A stretch of DNA of 64,000 bases. Source: a virus (taxonomy: Duplodnaviria; Caudoviricetes). The position numbers and the translations under genes are program-made. Positions 8,980 to 18,883 of this stretch are shown one piece after another. The stretch covers positions 873 through 64,872 of the IMG/VR virus record IMGVR_UViG_3300036880_000015; one strand, written 5' to 3'. Below the pieces are notes generated by a model. The model was not told the origin of the DNA. It ran no database searches and saw only the letters and a program-made list of their open reading frames with translations. Positions within the stretch are counted from its first letter, which is position 1. The number at the start of each line of letters is the position of its first letter.

Positions 8980-10200
8980 TTACATTCCGCCGTTCAGGAA
9001 GCTCGCGAACCAGGTGCAGGCACTCAGATCGGTTCCGGGCGATACCTGCGGGAAACCAGTCGGGTTGCCGGTAACCATCAAAGCGGCCGTGCCAGAATCG
9101 GCGGCGGTGGTGAATCCCGCATTGATGTGGTTCGAGACGAACAGCTTGCCTGTCAGGGAAGCCGCATTGACCACCAACTGATCGCCGTTGACTCCGGCTC
9201 CGTTGGTCAATCCCTGAATCACAACGATGTTTCCGGGGACCAGGCTGTTGAGTGCGGTCAGCGTTACCACGCCCGCCGTACCCGCCGAGTTCGCGGTCGC
9301 AAGAGAGTTGGAAATCGCAAACGCCGTTCCCACTGTTACGGGAGCGCCGCCGGAGGTGACCAGCAACTTGGCCGTGCCGACATCTGCTCCGGTCAAGAAC
9401 GAAGATCCCGTCCAGTTCGCGGTGAACTGCGTGGCCGAAGCGGTGAGAATCTGAGCGATGACGCCGTTGGCCGCCGCGCCGTTGGTCAGGCCTTGGATGA
9501 CAACGAACTGGCCGGGGGTAAAACTGTTGGCGCAAGTCATGGTCAACAGGCTGGCGGTAGCCAGCGAGTTGGTGATGGCTGCCGACGTGCCCGTGGTCAA
9601 AAGATTGCCGGGGCCGGCCTGGACGAGCTGATAGGTTCCTGTGGTGTCAGCCGTCGCGGCGGTGATGTTCGCTGTCGGATAGTTGGCCGTGAATCCCGTG
9701 GCGGAGGCCGTTGCCACCTGGACGATGTGGCCATTCAGCGCGCCACCAGCGGTGAAGCTCTGGAGGTACACGAACTGGCCAGCAACCAGATTGTTGGCGA
9801 TGGCCACCGTGATGACGTTTGATGCCACGCCAATCGTAGTGGACTTCGCAGCGGACACGGTGCCAAGGCCAAGCGGGATGCCAGCGCCGACGCCAAGCAA
9901 ACCGACCTGCATGGTCACGGTCGTAGCCGGAGAGGGAGTCGCGCCGAAAGAACCAGCCGGGAGGATGAAGTCGGCCATGTAGGCAGCCGCGGCAGCGTTC
10001 TCCCCTATCTGGTCTACTCCGTAGGTGAACTCCGCACCAAAGTTTCCGATGACAGTCGTGCTGGTTGTCAGGGCTCCTGGAATAACGTAGCCTCCAGACG
10101 GATAATCCGAAGCGGCGGGCTGCGCCTGAAAAATCGTGCTTACCTGAGAAACGCCGACATTCTGCGTGCTGTCAGGAACTTTTGTGAGCGTCAAAGACAT
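8980..10200 (-). CDS. Capsid decoration/head-fibre-like protein with three internal repeats
   Basis: Repeats NNLVAGQFVYLQ / NSFTPGQFVVIQGLTNG / NSLVPGNIVVIQGLTNG; follows the capsid and cement genes; AAGGAG SD. Confidence 0.55.
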   Translation of the reverse strand: MSLTLTKVPDSTQNVGVSQVSTIFQAQPAASDYPSGGYVIPGALTTSTTVIGNFGAEFTYGVDQIGENAAAAAYMADFILPAGSFGATPSPATTVTMQVGLLGVGAGIPLGLGTVSAAKSTTIGVASNVITVAIANNLVAGQFVYLQSFTAGGALNGHIVQVATASATGFTANYPTANITAATADTTGTYQLVQAGPGNLLTTGTSAAITNSLATASLLTMTCANSFTPGQFVVIQGLTNGAAANGVIAQILTASATQFTANWTGSSFLTGADVGTAKLLVTSGGAPVTVGTAFAISNSLATANSAGTAGVVTLTALNSLVPGNIVVIQGLTNGAGVNGDQLVVNAASLTGKLFVSNHINAGFTTAADSGTAALMVTGNPTGFPQVSPGTDLSACTWFASFLNGGM

Positions 10201-10251
10201 GGCTGCTCCTTGGTTGCATCCCGCGCATCACTCCGACGCGCGGGTTTCCGA

Positions 10252-10908
10252 TTAGAAAGTGGGATCGCAGTTGATCCAGATGTCGGCGGTTACGTTTGCG
10301 GTGACAGCCGACAGGGCGAGCGCGAGTTTCGAGCAGAGCGGAGCCGAGCCGGACGCCGTGCGCGTCACGATGAAGTTGCCCGAAGCGCCAATCAGCGCGT
10401 CGCCAACTGCTGTCGACGCACACACTGCCGCTGCCGGCAAGAATCCTTTGGTTGCGATGAAGCAGAAATTGCCGTTCAAAGCCGTGGTGGCCGCTGCGCC
10501 GGTCTTGCTGAGGGCGGTGAAGTTCGGCAACAGCCATCCGGCCAGTGAGTTCAGGTTGCCGGTGGCTGCCGGGTTGCCTTCGGAGAAGGTGCCGGTGACG
10601 GTCGTGTACGTCTCGTCTGTCCAGTAGACAGGGGCGGGATACGCGAGCATGGCCGCGGCGGTCGACGAGTTGTAGCGCACATAGCGCACGATCAGCGGAG
10701 CGCCGTACCCGTTGCCGCCGTACAGCATGGTCGGACCCTCGGATGCGCCCGGCGAAAGCAGATACGCCGCGCCGATGGGATTCTGCGCACCATTCGGCCA
10801 GCTTGGCGAGTTGACCGGAGGCTGAGTCGTGATCGTCGACGCATATGTGTCGATCGCGGTGTACAGGTTGCCAGTTGTGATGATCGGAAATTCTGTTCCG
10901 AGAGCCAT
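10252..10908 (-). CDS. Capsid cement/minor capsid protein
   Basis: Directly after the major capsid gene; GGAGG SD before ATG 10908; RYVRY...PVYW...FCFIATKG...GDALI pattern. Confidence 0.6.
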   Translation of the reverse strand: MALGTEFPIITTGNLYTAIDTYASTITTQPPVNSPSWPNGAQNPIGAAYLLSPGASEGPTMLYGGNGYGAPLIVRYVRYNSSTAAAMLAYPAPVYWTDETYTTVTGTFSEGNPAATGNLNSLAGWLLPNFTALSKTGAAATTALNGNFCFIATKGFLPAAAVCASTAVGDALIGASGNFIVTRTASGSAPLCSKLALALSAVTANVTADIWINCDPTF

Positions 10909-10983
10909 GTGAAGCCTCCAGCGCCGTTGCGCCATTGCAAAATTCTTGTGGGCGGGAATCACCCCGCCCCGTTCAAACCACTA

Positions 10984-11958
10984 CTAGCCCGTCACCCCGG
11001 ACAAAATGAAGCCCAGCCGCGGAGCGCTAACCACGATGTTGCCGCCGAAGCAGAGCTGGCCGGCGGAGTCAACCGAGTTCGGCAGTTCCTTGAACCCGGT
11101 GAACCCGAAGCCGAACAACTCGTGGTCCGAGATGTGGACGTTCATGAAGTCGGTGTTCATGCCGAAAACGTAGCCGCTGGGCACGTACTGGTCGACCACG
11201 AGCCGCTGGTTGTTGAACCGGATGGCCGTGAAGCCGATGTTTTGCGCCTGGTCGACCATGATGTTGTCGTTGACGCGCTGCGCCGGGACCAGCTTGTTGT
11301 AGAGCTGGTTGTAGATCGACTGCGTGGTCGCGATCAGGTTCGGTTGGCGATTGCCAAAGGTGCCCTGGCCGTAGGCCTTCTGCAGTGCGGTGATCGACAG
11401 CGGCCCACCGACATTCTGGTAGTAGCCGTTGATGCCGGTCGAGGCGCCCGAGCCGATAGCCGCGCGCGGCAAGCCGCCGTAGGTCGGATAGTTGGTGCCG
11501 TCATCGTACCCGGCGAGCAGGCCGTCCAACGCAATCTGCGAGGACACGGTTCCCTGGCCGTCGTTGTAGATGTCGATTGCCAACGCTTGAGCCAGTGCCT
11601 GCGAGCCGTTGATCATCTTCTCTTCGACGAAGCTCATCACCGCGTTGTTGCCCATGTTGATCGGCAACTGCGTGCCTTGGAGGGTCACGTTCGCGTAGTA
11701 GAACTTCACCGCGAAGGTCATCGCCGTGTCCGTTTGGACATAGGAGATGTCGAAGGTGGAGCCTGGGGCGAACGGACCAGCCTTCAGCGGCGCATACTGG
11801 ATGGGCTGCTGAATGTAGAGGCCACCCGGAAAGGGCTTGACTGTATCGCCCTTGAAGATTTGAACGAAAACTGGAGATACCTTGTAATACTCGTCCACGA
11901 TCTCGGGGACAATCTCCTGCTTCGTTACTGCGCTGATGTCATTGATGTTAAGCGCCAT
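10984..11958 (-). CDS. Major capsid protein (HK97 fold)
   Basis: 324 aa; GGLYIQQPIQY, QIALDGL, PNLIATTQSIY and GFTAIRFNNQRLVVDQYVP motifs; follows the scaffold gene. Confidence 0.88.
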   Translation of the reverse strand: MALNINDISAVTKQEIVPEIVDEYYKVSPVFVQIFKGDTVKPFPGGLYIQQPIQYAPLKAGPFAPGSTFDISYVQTDTAMTFAVKFYYANVTLQGTQLPINMGNNAVMSFVEEKMINGSQALAQALAIDIYNDGQGTVSSQIALDGLLAGYDDGTNYPTYGGLPRAAIGSGASTGINGYYQNVGGPLSITALQKAYGQGTFGNRQPNLIATTQSIYNQLYNKLVPAQRVNDNIMVDQAQNIGFTAIRFNNQRLVVDQYVPSGYVFGMNTDFMNVHISDHELFGFGFTGFKELPNSVDSAGQLCFGGNIVVSAPRLGFILSGVTG

Positions 11959-11990
11959 CACTGGCCTCCGTGGTTAAAGTTTGTTGAGTC

Positions 11991-12707
11991 CTAGCTCGCC
12001 ATTTCAACTTGGCGGGCTTGAATCCTGTCGAGTGCTGCTGCCGCGCGCCCCGCGCCGGTCGCTGGAGCACCATCCGCGCCGGTCTTGCCGCGGTTGATGA
12101 ACATTCGGATGTTGCTGTTGGTCGCCGGCGGCGGAGTGGTTCCCGGTACGCCTGCGGATCCAGACCTTGCCTTCACGCGCTTCTCGACTTCTGTTTCGAT
12201 GGTGCGCTCTGTCACAACCGGCGCCACGTAGTCGTTGTATGCGTCGGTGATCGAACGATACCCGCGCGCCTTGCTTTCCGGCTTCTCCAAGAACGTATTG
12301 AACTCGGCGGAGTCGAACGGCTTGCCAGTCTCGCGCTCATGGCGGCCGTAAATACGGTTCAACTCATCGGCCCGCTGAATCGAAATCTTCACAGCGCTGT
12401 TGACTAGCTCGTCGCCGCGCGTCTTCACCACGTCGGCAATCCGAGCATCAACCGTCTCGTTGATTTTGCCGAGTTTTGCGTCGAGCATCCGATCGATCGC
12501 ACTCAAATCGAACTGCCCAGCGGCGGGCGGCGGTGTGCTGCGCGCCGGAGGCGGATCGACCACTGCAGCCACTGGCGGCTCATCGCCGTCATAGTAACTG
12601 ACCAACTCTTCGCCACGGGCAAGGCGAGTCGCCACCGCGCTGTTGCCCTGAATCTTCGCGAATTCTGCCGGGCTCAAAAGCCCTTTCAAATCGTCGAGCA
12701 ATGCCAT
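11991..12707 (-). CDS. Capsid scaffolding protein
   Basis: Helical/low-complexity protein immediately upstream of the major capsid gene. Confidence 0.6.
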   Translation of the reverse strand: MALLDDLKGLLSPAEFAKIQGNSAVATRLARGEELVSYYDGDEPPVAAVVDPPPARSTPPPAAGQFDLSAIDRMLDAKLGKINETVDARIADVVKTRGDELVNSAVKISIQRADELNRIYGRHERETGKPFDSAEFNTFLEKPESKARGYRSITDAYNDYVAPVVTERTIETEVEKRVKARSGSAGVPGTTPPPATNSNIRMFINRGKTGADGAPATGAGRAAAALDRIQARQVEMAS

Positions 12708-12724
12708 ACACTACTCCCTTCGCA

Positions 12725-13099
12725 CTAAGCTGCGTGCGACTCGTCTGTTTGGGATGGTGGAGGTGATGGAGGCCCGCCAGCCGGCGGCTCCGGTGGTGCT
12801 GATTCTGCCGGCTTATCGTCGCCGGAATCCAAGTCTTTCGGATCTTTCTTCAAACCTTGGACAACCAGAACTTTGATGTCTTCCTTGATCTTGTCGATGC
12901 CAGGCTTCAGTTCCTTTTTGAGCTTCGACATCTTGCTCAGGACACGGTACACGCCCGTCAACCCCTTCATCAACTCCTCGTCCGCATCCGGTTCGCCGCC
13001 GGGCTTCTTTTGGGGAGGTCCACCCGCCGCAGCATCCCCGCCCGCAGGCAGGTTGTCGTAGAAATTCGGAGGGGCGGCTGTGGGGGCTGGCATTGGCAT
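12725..13099 (-). CDS. Pro-rich hypothetical protein (head operon)
   Basis: Pro-rich ends around a helical core; packed in the operon. Confidence 0.55.
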   Translation of the reverse strand: MPMPAPTAAPPNFYDNLPAGGDAAAGGPPQKKPGGEPDADEELMKGLTGVYRVLSKMSKLKKELKPGIDKIKEDIKVLVVQGLKKDPKDLDSGDDKPAESAPPEPPAGGPPSPPPSQTDESHAA

Positions 13100-13102
13100 G
13101 GC

Positions 13103-13288
13103 TTAGTTACTCTTTCCGCGACCGTTTACCGGGTTGCCGGTTTTGACATTGACACTGTAGCCGCGCGACGGAATCGGTTCGCCGTCGTGGATCGTATGGC
13201 CGAAGAGCGCGATCTTGCCGCCGGTCATCTTGGGGGCCGTCACGGTCGGGCCAAAGGTCTCTTCGCTGACGCGATCATTCTTTGCCAT
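13103..13288 (-). CDS. Small hypothetical protein (61 aa)
   Basis: CAGGAG SD before ATG 13288. Confidence 0.55.
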   Translation of the reverse strand: MAKNDRVSEETFGPTVTAPKMTGGKIALFGHTIHDGEPIPSRGYSVNVKTGNPVNGRGKSN

Positions 13289-13365
13289 GGGAATACTCCT
13301 GGGTGGTGGGGGCCGGCGCACCGGCCCCAGTTCACTGTTGTGGTTGGTGCTTGACTACGCGAGAA

Positions 13366-13437
13366 CTACTTCTCGCGCTTGGAGCCGCGATGAGCCTTCC
13401 GCGACTTGTGTCCGCGCTTGTGACCTTTGCGAGCCAT
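13366..13437 (-). CDS. Protamine-like 23-aa microprotein
   Basis: MARKGHKRGHKSRKAHRGSKREK preceded by a perfect AAGGAGG SD. Confidence 0.6.
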   Translation of the reverse strand: MARKGHKRGHKSRKAHRGSKREK

Positions 13438-13587
13438 AGGCGTCCTCCTTTTCTGGAGCGGTTTTTTTACGTGGCCTTCACCACGGTCAAGCAAGATGTT
13501 GCCATCAAGCCTTCGATGCCAATATCGCACCACCGAGGAGGTTCCAGTCCCGCCTTGCGTCGCAAAATTTGAGGGAAAATTACAGAT

Positions 13588-13617
13588 TTGCAACAATGCG
13601 CTACAATGCGCTACTAT
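13588..13617 (+). promoter_or_regulatory. Sigma70-like promoter containing a 10-bp tandem repeat (possible operator)
   Basis: TTGCAA-18-TACTAT-6 nt-ATG(13624); ACAATGCGCT x2 at 13593-13612. Confidence 0.55.
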
Positions 13618-13623
13618 TCGTGC

Positions 13624-13806
13624 ATGGGAAACTTTTACCTCTCACCCACGCAGGTTGCATCCAAACTCCACGTTGGGGTCGAATCGATTCGCCGCTATTT
13701 GAGATCAGGTGAATTGGTTGGGGTTCATGTCAGCCGAAAATGCTGGCGCATCTCCGATGACGACCTGAATGAGTTTTTAAAGAAACGGAAGATGATGAGG
13801 CTGTAA
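13624..13806 (+). CDS. Excisionase-like HTH_17 DNA-binding protein
   Basis: YLSPTQVASKLHVGVESIRRYLRSGELVGVHV..CWRISDDDLNEFL. Confidence 0.85.
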   Translation: MGNFYLSPTQVASKLHVGVESIRRYLRSGELVGVHVSRKCWRISDDDLNEFLKKRKMMRL

Positions 13807-14373
13807 ATGAATAGTGTTGTTGAAATGTCGTCAGCAGAAGCAGTGGAAGGACTTCTATCTTTAGTCAATGCGCAAGAGCCGATCCTTGATGCTACTTATG
13901 GCAGTGGGGATTTTTGGCGCGGGTCTGCGCGTACGGTCATTGGCTGCGACGTTGATCCTCTTCGAGCCAGGGATAAGGTTGCCGATTTCCGTGCGCTACC
14001 TTTCACGGACGGAGAATACCCGACCGTAGTTTACGATCCTCCGTTTCACCCTTACGTTGGCAGCATTGAAGAGGGCCAGTTTAAGGGGATGGGGCAGAAT
14101 GACAAGGAGCTACGCACACAGTTCGATGCGGGGTTACGGGAGTGTTGGCGAGTGAGTTCCCGGCATCTACTCCTTAAATGCCAAGGATTTGTTCATAATC
14201 ACACGCCGCAATGGATGCCGCTTTGGGCTGTGGTAATCTGCGGAGAACCGTTCGAGTGGTTAATCGTGGCAAGAGATCACAAGATTATCAGCGGACGGTG
14301 GAAGAATACTTTCTCGCTGCGTCGCAACCATGCAGATTATTTGATATTTGACAAAAAAGGGAACAAGCGGTGA
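13807..14373 (+). CDS. Small SAM-dependent DNA amino-methyltransferase
   Basis: ILDATYGSGDFW (motif I) and VVYDPPF (motif IV). Confidence 0.75.
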   Translation: MNSVVEMSSAEAVEGLLSLVNAQEPILDATYGSGDFWRGSARTVIGCDVDPLRARDKVADFRALPFTDGEYPTVVYDPPFHPYVGSIEEGQFKGMGQNDKELRTQFDAGLRECWRVSSRHLLLKCQGFVHNHTPQWMPLWAVVICGEPFEWLIVARDHKIISGRWKNTFSLRRNHADYLIFDKKGNKR

Positions 14374-14389
14374 ATTGAGAGTCGCAGCC

Positions 14390-16180
14390 CTACTTCTTCC
14401 CGTGTGGATGCTGCATCGCGCCCGCCGCGCCGGCCATCGCAATCTTCTCTGCGGCCTCTTCTTTGAGCTCGGCTTCAATCTTCTCTGCGTCAGCTTTTGG
14501 CACGCCGAGCTTGCGATAAAGGCCTTTGCGAGACAAGTCTCCGAACTTGCGCATGACGAACGCCACCTGCACCTCGTCCTGTTTCTCGATAGCCAGTAGA
14601 CTGCCCTTGCGAATCGAGAAGATCGCCTGGCGGACGAACTCTTCCGGCTCCATTCCCTTTTCCAGCCACTGCCCGTAGAGCGGCTCGAAGTCCGCGTCCG
14701 TCAATCCCTTGACGCCGAATTTCTTGATGCGGCTCTTGGAGGTCTCGAACTGCATTTTGTTGGCTGTGACCATCGTGCCGACATCAGTGAGAAAACTGTG
14801 CAGGCCGCGGCCCATGAAGCGAATCGGAATGGACCGGGAGTTCATGATCATCTCCAGCGAGTCGCCGCCGGGAACTTGCTTCTTCTGCGCCACCTGGTTG
14901 ATGGCCGCCGCTCCCGAGGTCATGTCCTGCTCTTTTTCCACATCCTGCTTCATTTGGAGGACGTAGGCCGGCAACTCAGGCGGCTTCGGGAACTCAGGAG
15001 ACTTCGGCGCATTGTTGTTGTACATGATCTTGCCGCCGGGCGCGCCAGGATCCATCGAATCCCAAACTGACTGCGCAAACGCCGCCTTCGGCGCCACCAT
15101 GCGCGGCTCGATCGCCGCCCGGATCATATCCATGATCCCGCCGTTGATCCGGTTCACGATGTCGCTCATCATGGCGATCGGCTCCAAAGGTGACGCGCCA
15201 TTAGGCGACCATGGAACCCGAATCAGCCGGAGCTTGGCGAAGGGATACATCGCGTGCCAGTAGGGATTCGGACCATCCTGCAGGAGCTTGCCGCCGGCCG
15301 CGATAACGAACCTGCCGCGGGGATACCAGAGGCAACCGGGTTCAACCATGTACGACCAGTTGTAATTGGCGTCGCCGACCCGCTTTGTCTCGCCGGTTTC
15401 GTTTTTTGCCCCATCTTTGAACCAAAATTGCTTAAGCATGGCCTTGGGATAGCGCGACCGCTTCCCGTCAGCCTGCTTTTTGCCGAGCAACTTTTTGAGC
15501 GCCGGGTTCAGCCGGACCCACGAGGCTTCGGACATCTTGCCGGGCCTGGACATATCCCCGGTTGGCTCATTGCCTTCGAGATCCGGGTGTACATCGTTGG
15601 CCAAGTCTCCGTAGGCGCGTTTCAGGGTTTCGATGGTCACAGGCCAGCGCGCGATAACGCATTCATCGTCCTGGATACGGCTGCCCGCGCCAATCGTCAT
15701 CACGTTGAGCGGGCCAAGCGGCATGAACTCGCAATCGCCCATTCCGTTGTTGAGCGCGGAGTTCCACTGGATTTTGGCGTAGCCCGTGTGGAGAAGTGCC
15801 CACATCACCGCCTGGGTCAGCTCCGCCTCGAAGTCGGTGAATCGCGCCCACATCCCGATCATCTCGTTGAGTAGGTCTTGAAGTTTAGTAAACTCCTCAT
15901 CCTCGTTAGCGAATTTGACCTGGAAGTCGGGTTCGATGTCAGTAAGCAGGCCGGCCATCTCAACGAATTGCCGAAAGAGGCGGTTGACCGTGGGGCGGGA
16001 GCGTCCAAACCGGGACTTCGCGTTCCACTGCTGGCCGGAGATGTAGTCGATGAGCCGGGAGGTCAGACGGATCTCGCGGGAGTCCGCAAGTTCGCGCTCT
16101 CCCTCTTCGTAAACGGCATCTGCCCAAGCGAGAACATCCCGCTCCAGCGCCTTTTCCGGTCTCTCTTTGAAGTCAGCCAT
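14390..16180 (-). CDS. Portal protein
   Basis: About 596 aa between terminase and head genes; RPTVNR, ALLHTGYAKIQW, LQDGPNPYWHAMYPF and INGGIMDMI..AIEP pattern. Confidence 0.85.
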   Translation of the reverse strand: MADFKERPEKALERDVLAWADAVYEEGERELADSREIRLTSRLIDYISGQQWNAKSRFGRSRPTVNRLFRQFVEMAGLLTDIEPDFQVKFANEDEEFTKLQDLLNEMIGMWARFTDFEAELTQAVMWALLHTGYAKIQWNSALNNGMGDCEFMPLGPLNVMTIGAGSRIQDDECVIARWPVTIETLKRAYGDLANDVHPDLEGNEPTGDMSRPGKMSEASWVRLNPALKKLLGKKQADGKRSRYPKAMLKQFWFKDGAKNETGETKRVGDANYNWSYMVEPGCLWYPRGRFVIAAGGKLLQDGPNPYWHAMYPFAKLRLIRVPWSPNGASPLEPIAMMSDIVNRINGGIMDMIRAAIEPRMVAPKAAFAQSVWDSMDPGAPGGKIMYNNNAPKSPEFPKPPELPAYVLQMKQDVEKEQDMTSGAAAINQVAQKKQVPGGDSLEMIMNSRSIPIRFMGRGLHSFLTDVGTMVTANKMQFETSKSRIKKFGVKGLTDADFEPLYGQWLEKGMEPEEFVRQAIFSIRKGSLLAIEKQDEVQVAFVMRKFGDLSRKGLYRKLGVPKADAEKIEAELKEEAAEKIAMAGAAGAMQHPHGKK

Positions 16181-16245
16181 CGCGGAAAGTTTACCTGATG
16201 CCAAGGGTTTCGGTGAGAACTTGCGGGGATATTTTCCTGAGTTGG

Positions 16246-16734
16246 CTATTCAGTATGAGCCAGAGCCCCGGCGATGCGCGTCTCCCACTTGACGACCTCA
16301 GCGGTCAGATTTTCCACCTGGCCAGAGAGTTCGACGTTTAATTTGGCCGCAGCCACCATCTCGGCGCCGTTCTTCACGCCTAGCTTTCGCAGTTCGGCCG
16401 CCTGTGCGCCGTCGATCAGAACCGGCTCGCCGGCCATGCAGCACCGGATGAGAGAGGCTATTGTCGGATGGAAGCGCTCGCCCAGCGCCTCTTTCGCTCT
16501 CATCAGAACTTCCTGGTTCACCCAGACCTCGGCTTTTACGTCGCCGGCCCCCGCCGCAAACCGGACCTCGGTCTTCATCATGTCCGGCTTCATCGCCCAG
16601 AACTGCGCGTGGCTGAGCCGGTGGCCCATCAAGCAGAAGCAATCCCTGTTATCCCGCATCGCCTGGACCGCGGGGCTTCCATTGTTGCGGCACATCGGGC
16701 AGTACGCCCCGGTCACATTGTCGCCTGTCAGCAT
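16246..16734 (-). CDS. Hypothetical protein with N-terminal Zn site
   Basis: CPMC...CFCLMGH; C-terminal coiled coil; between terminase and portal. Confidence 0.6.
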   Translation of the reverse strand: MLTGDNVTGAYCPMCRNNGSPAVQAMRDNRDCFCLMGHRLSHAQFWAMKPDMMKTEVRFAAGAGDVKAEVWVNQEVLMRAKEALGERFHPTIASLIRCCMAGEPVLIDGAQAAELRKLGVKNGAEMVAAAKLNVELSGQVENLTAEVVKWETRIAGALAHTE

Positions 16735-16743
16735 TCTCGTCTC

Positions 16744-18876
16744 CTACCATTCATCGCCGAAGTCTTCCAATCCTCGCCCTGGCCCGGCGTTGGCCATAGC
16801 CTGCTTATACGACCACACCAAATCCGGAGTGATCTCCGTCGTGGCGAGGCCGTGCTTCGAGTGTAAATCAAATTCTGCGCCCATCGCATCGAAAATCGGC
16901 GAGTAGAGTGTATTCGCGTTACAAACCAGAATTGGCTTTACCTGCCAGCCAGCCTTGCCTTTGATCATTCCGTCGGCTTCCGCTTGAGTGTTGTACTGCC
17001 CGCGCTGGCGCATGATGTTGTCGTAGACGCCATAGATGTGGAGCTCGCCGCTCTGCCGGACGTGCTCGGTCGCCGCGCTGGTCTTCAAGTGCTTCGTCGT
17101 CTCGCGCAGGCAATAGAGGCCGATCATTGCCGTGAGTACGCCATCATCTTCATTCCCCTGCCCTTGAGATTTCCCGCCAGTCTCTAGCGCCGCAAAGTCT
17201 ACCATCTCGTCGAGCAGGTCGGCATCTCGGATAACAACTGTCCGGTCGAGCAGTGCCTCATTCATGGTTCCAATAATCTCGTCGCGAGTCTTTGATGTGG
17301 TCAGCCAATGCAGGTAATTGCTCGCTTGATGCGTCAGCCGGTCTTTGAATTGCGGACGATACAGGTTTGGATAATCCATGTCGCGCAGTTCGTTGCCGGT
17401 CGTGATACCGTCCTTCATGTATTCGTTGGCTACTTCGGCACCATTGTAGAAGAGGCCGATCGCCGCGACAACGTGCGCAAATTTCTTCGGAGGTATCCAG
17501 CCCCACCAGGTCGCAACTTGTGTATCTGGCTCTATACCTTGCCCGGCACGAAAAACATTCGCAACCGAGAAGTCTCCTCCATTTCCTAGCGCAACGTCAT
17601 CGGACACGTAGTAAGTTGCCCCCTGCTCCGGCATCTCCCAGATATGCATTCTCTTCCCGCCACGTCCCGACTTGCGCCTTGGGAGAATCTCATCGTCGGC
17701 TACCGGCATAATGTCGTCAGTGTTGAATCGCGGCGGCTCCATCGAAACCAGACTAATCTCTCCGGCATAGAGCGGCTTGCAAACCTTGTTGATTTCCTGC
17801 CATTCAAGAGAGTCGCGATCAAACGCGCATAGGCCTGATGATTGAAACGCTTCATTTGGTGTGAGAGGATACGACTCAAGGAATCCAGCCTTGGTCCCCG
17901 AGCGCTTCGCTGCGCGCAGACGAACACGCCGGAAGTTCCAGAATGTATCCGGTATCTCAAAGTGCTCTTCTTTTTTTATGCGCTCGTTAAACGTCGTCTC
18001 TTCTTCAGATAGTTCGAATGTACTCTTGAGTGGGAGATAGTATTTCTTGACCTTGTAAACTGGAATCCAAACCGGGCGTATATCGCTATCTCCATCCACT
18101 GCCGCGCACCACTGGTCATAAAACAAACCTTGGCGGCCATATCCGGTTGACTCAAATACTTGGAAAGTGTCGAGCGCATTAAGAGATGGCTTTATATCTG
18201 ACTCCCATATTTCATCGTTAGGCCACCTTGAAACTTCGCTTCCATGTAAAGCTCTTATAGTTCTTCCAATCGATACCCCGCTGGTTTGTGTTGCCGGAGA
18301 AACCTGCAATGTTGAGCCAAGTCCAGGGTCAACCAGTCTTTCCTTTTCGTCAGACCGCTGAAACTCAATAGCTCCCTTCTTCGTCTTATACATATACTCT
18401 GGCCTCAGCCACCACGGAAGATTCGCATAGGCATTCAAGCTGAGTTTGTAGATATGCTCCGATGTTACCTCATTCTGTGCAATAATCATTGTGAAGCAGT
18501 GCGGAGTGAAGATAGTCCGATGGAACATAGCTGCCGCAGTCCACACCGAGATACCTGTCTGTCGCGGCTTGAGAACGATGATCTTGCAATAACCGTTCGC
18601 CGCCCACTCTTCACACATCGCCTGATAAACAATCTCTTGATGGTCCCAGAATGGATAGAGGGATTTTAAGACACCTTGCTCGGTTGTGATGAAGTGGTAG
18701 TTCTCAAGATAGTAGCGGAGGTCGAGAGCTTTTTGCACTTCGTTTTCTATGAATACAAGACCATCTTTGGGAAGTTCCGCCCAAGCGCGAGTAATATCCT
18801 GATCGCAGCGGATATAGTGGTCTTGCAGAACATCGATAGCGTCGTTGAGTGAGGAGTCTTTACGTGGTACTCTCAT
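16744..18876 (-). CDS. Terminase large subunit
   Basis: Walker A LKPRQTGIS, Walker B LHGSE, coupling motif FESTG, RNase H-like YVSDDVALG..DFS and DDGV. Confidence 0.93.
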   Translation of the reverse strand: MRVPRKDSSLNDAIDVLQDHYIRCDQDITRAWAELPKDGLVFIENEVQKALDLRYYLENYHFITTEQGVLKSLYPFWDHQEIVYQAMCEEWAANGYCKIIVLKPRQTGISVWTAAAMFHRTIFTPHCFTMIIAQNEVTSEHIYKLSLNAYANLPWWLRPEYMYKTKKGAIEFQRSDEKERLVDPGLGSTLQVSPATQTSGVSIGRTIRALHGSEVSRWPNDEIWESDIKPSLNALDTFQVFESTGYGRQGLFYDQWCAAVDGDSDIRPVWIPVYKVKKYYLPLKSTFELSEEETTFNERIKKEEHFEIPDTFWNFRRVRLRAAKRSGTKAGFLESYPLTPNEAFQSSGLCAFDRDSLEWQEINKVCKPLYAGEISLVSMEPPRFNTDDIMPVADDEILPRRKSGRGGKRMHIWEMPEQGATYYVSDDVALGNGGDFSVANVFRAGQGIEPDTQVATWWGWIPPKKFAHVVAAIGLFYNGAEVANEYMKDGITTGNELRDMDYPNLYRPQFKDRLTHQASNYLHWLTTSKTRDEIIGTMNEALLDRTVVIRDADLLDEMVDFAALETGGKSQGQGNEDDGVLTAMIGLYCLRETTKHLKTSAATEHVRQSGELHIYGVYDNIMRQRGQYNTQAEADGMIKGKAGWQVKPILVCNANTLYSPIFDAMGAEFDLHSKHGLATTEITPDLVWSYKQAMANAGPGRGLEDFGDEW

Positions 18877-18883
18877 CTATTCT

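Noticed and set aside
10909-11994. Long plus-strand ORFs antisense to the capsid and other genes (also 4430-5431, 8968-9822, 48797-49636, 49839-50705)
   Set aside because: Shadow ORFs from GC-rich codon bias; no motifs, and they fully overlap well-supported genes.
16744-18876. Intein or intron in the large terminase (also checked dnaB)
   Set aside because: No intein terminal motifs or interruptions; motif spacing is normal.
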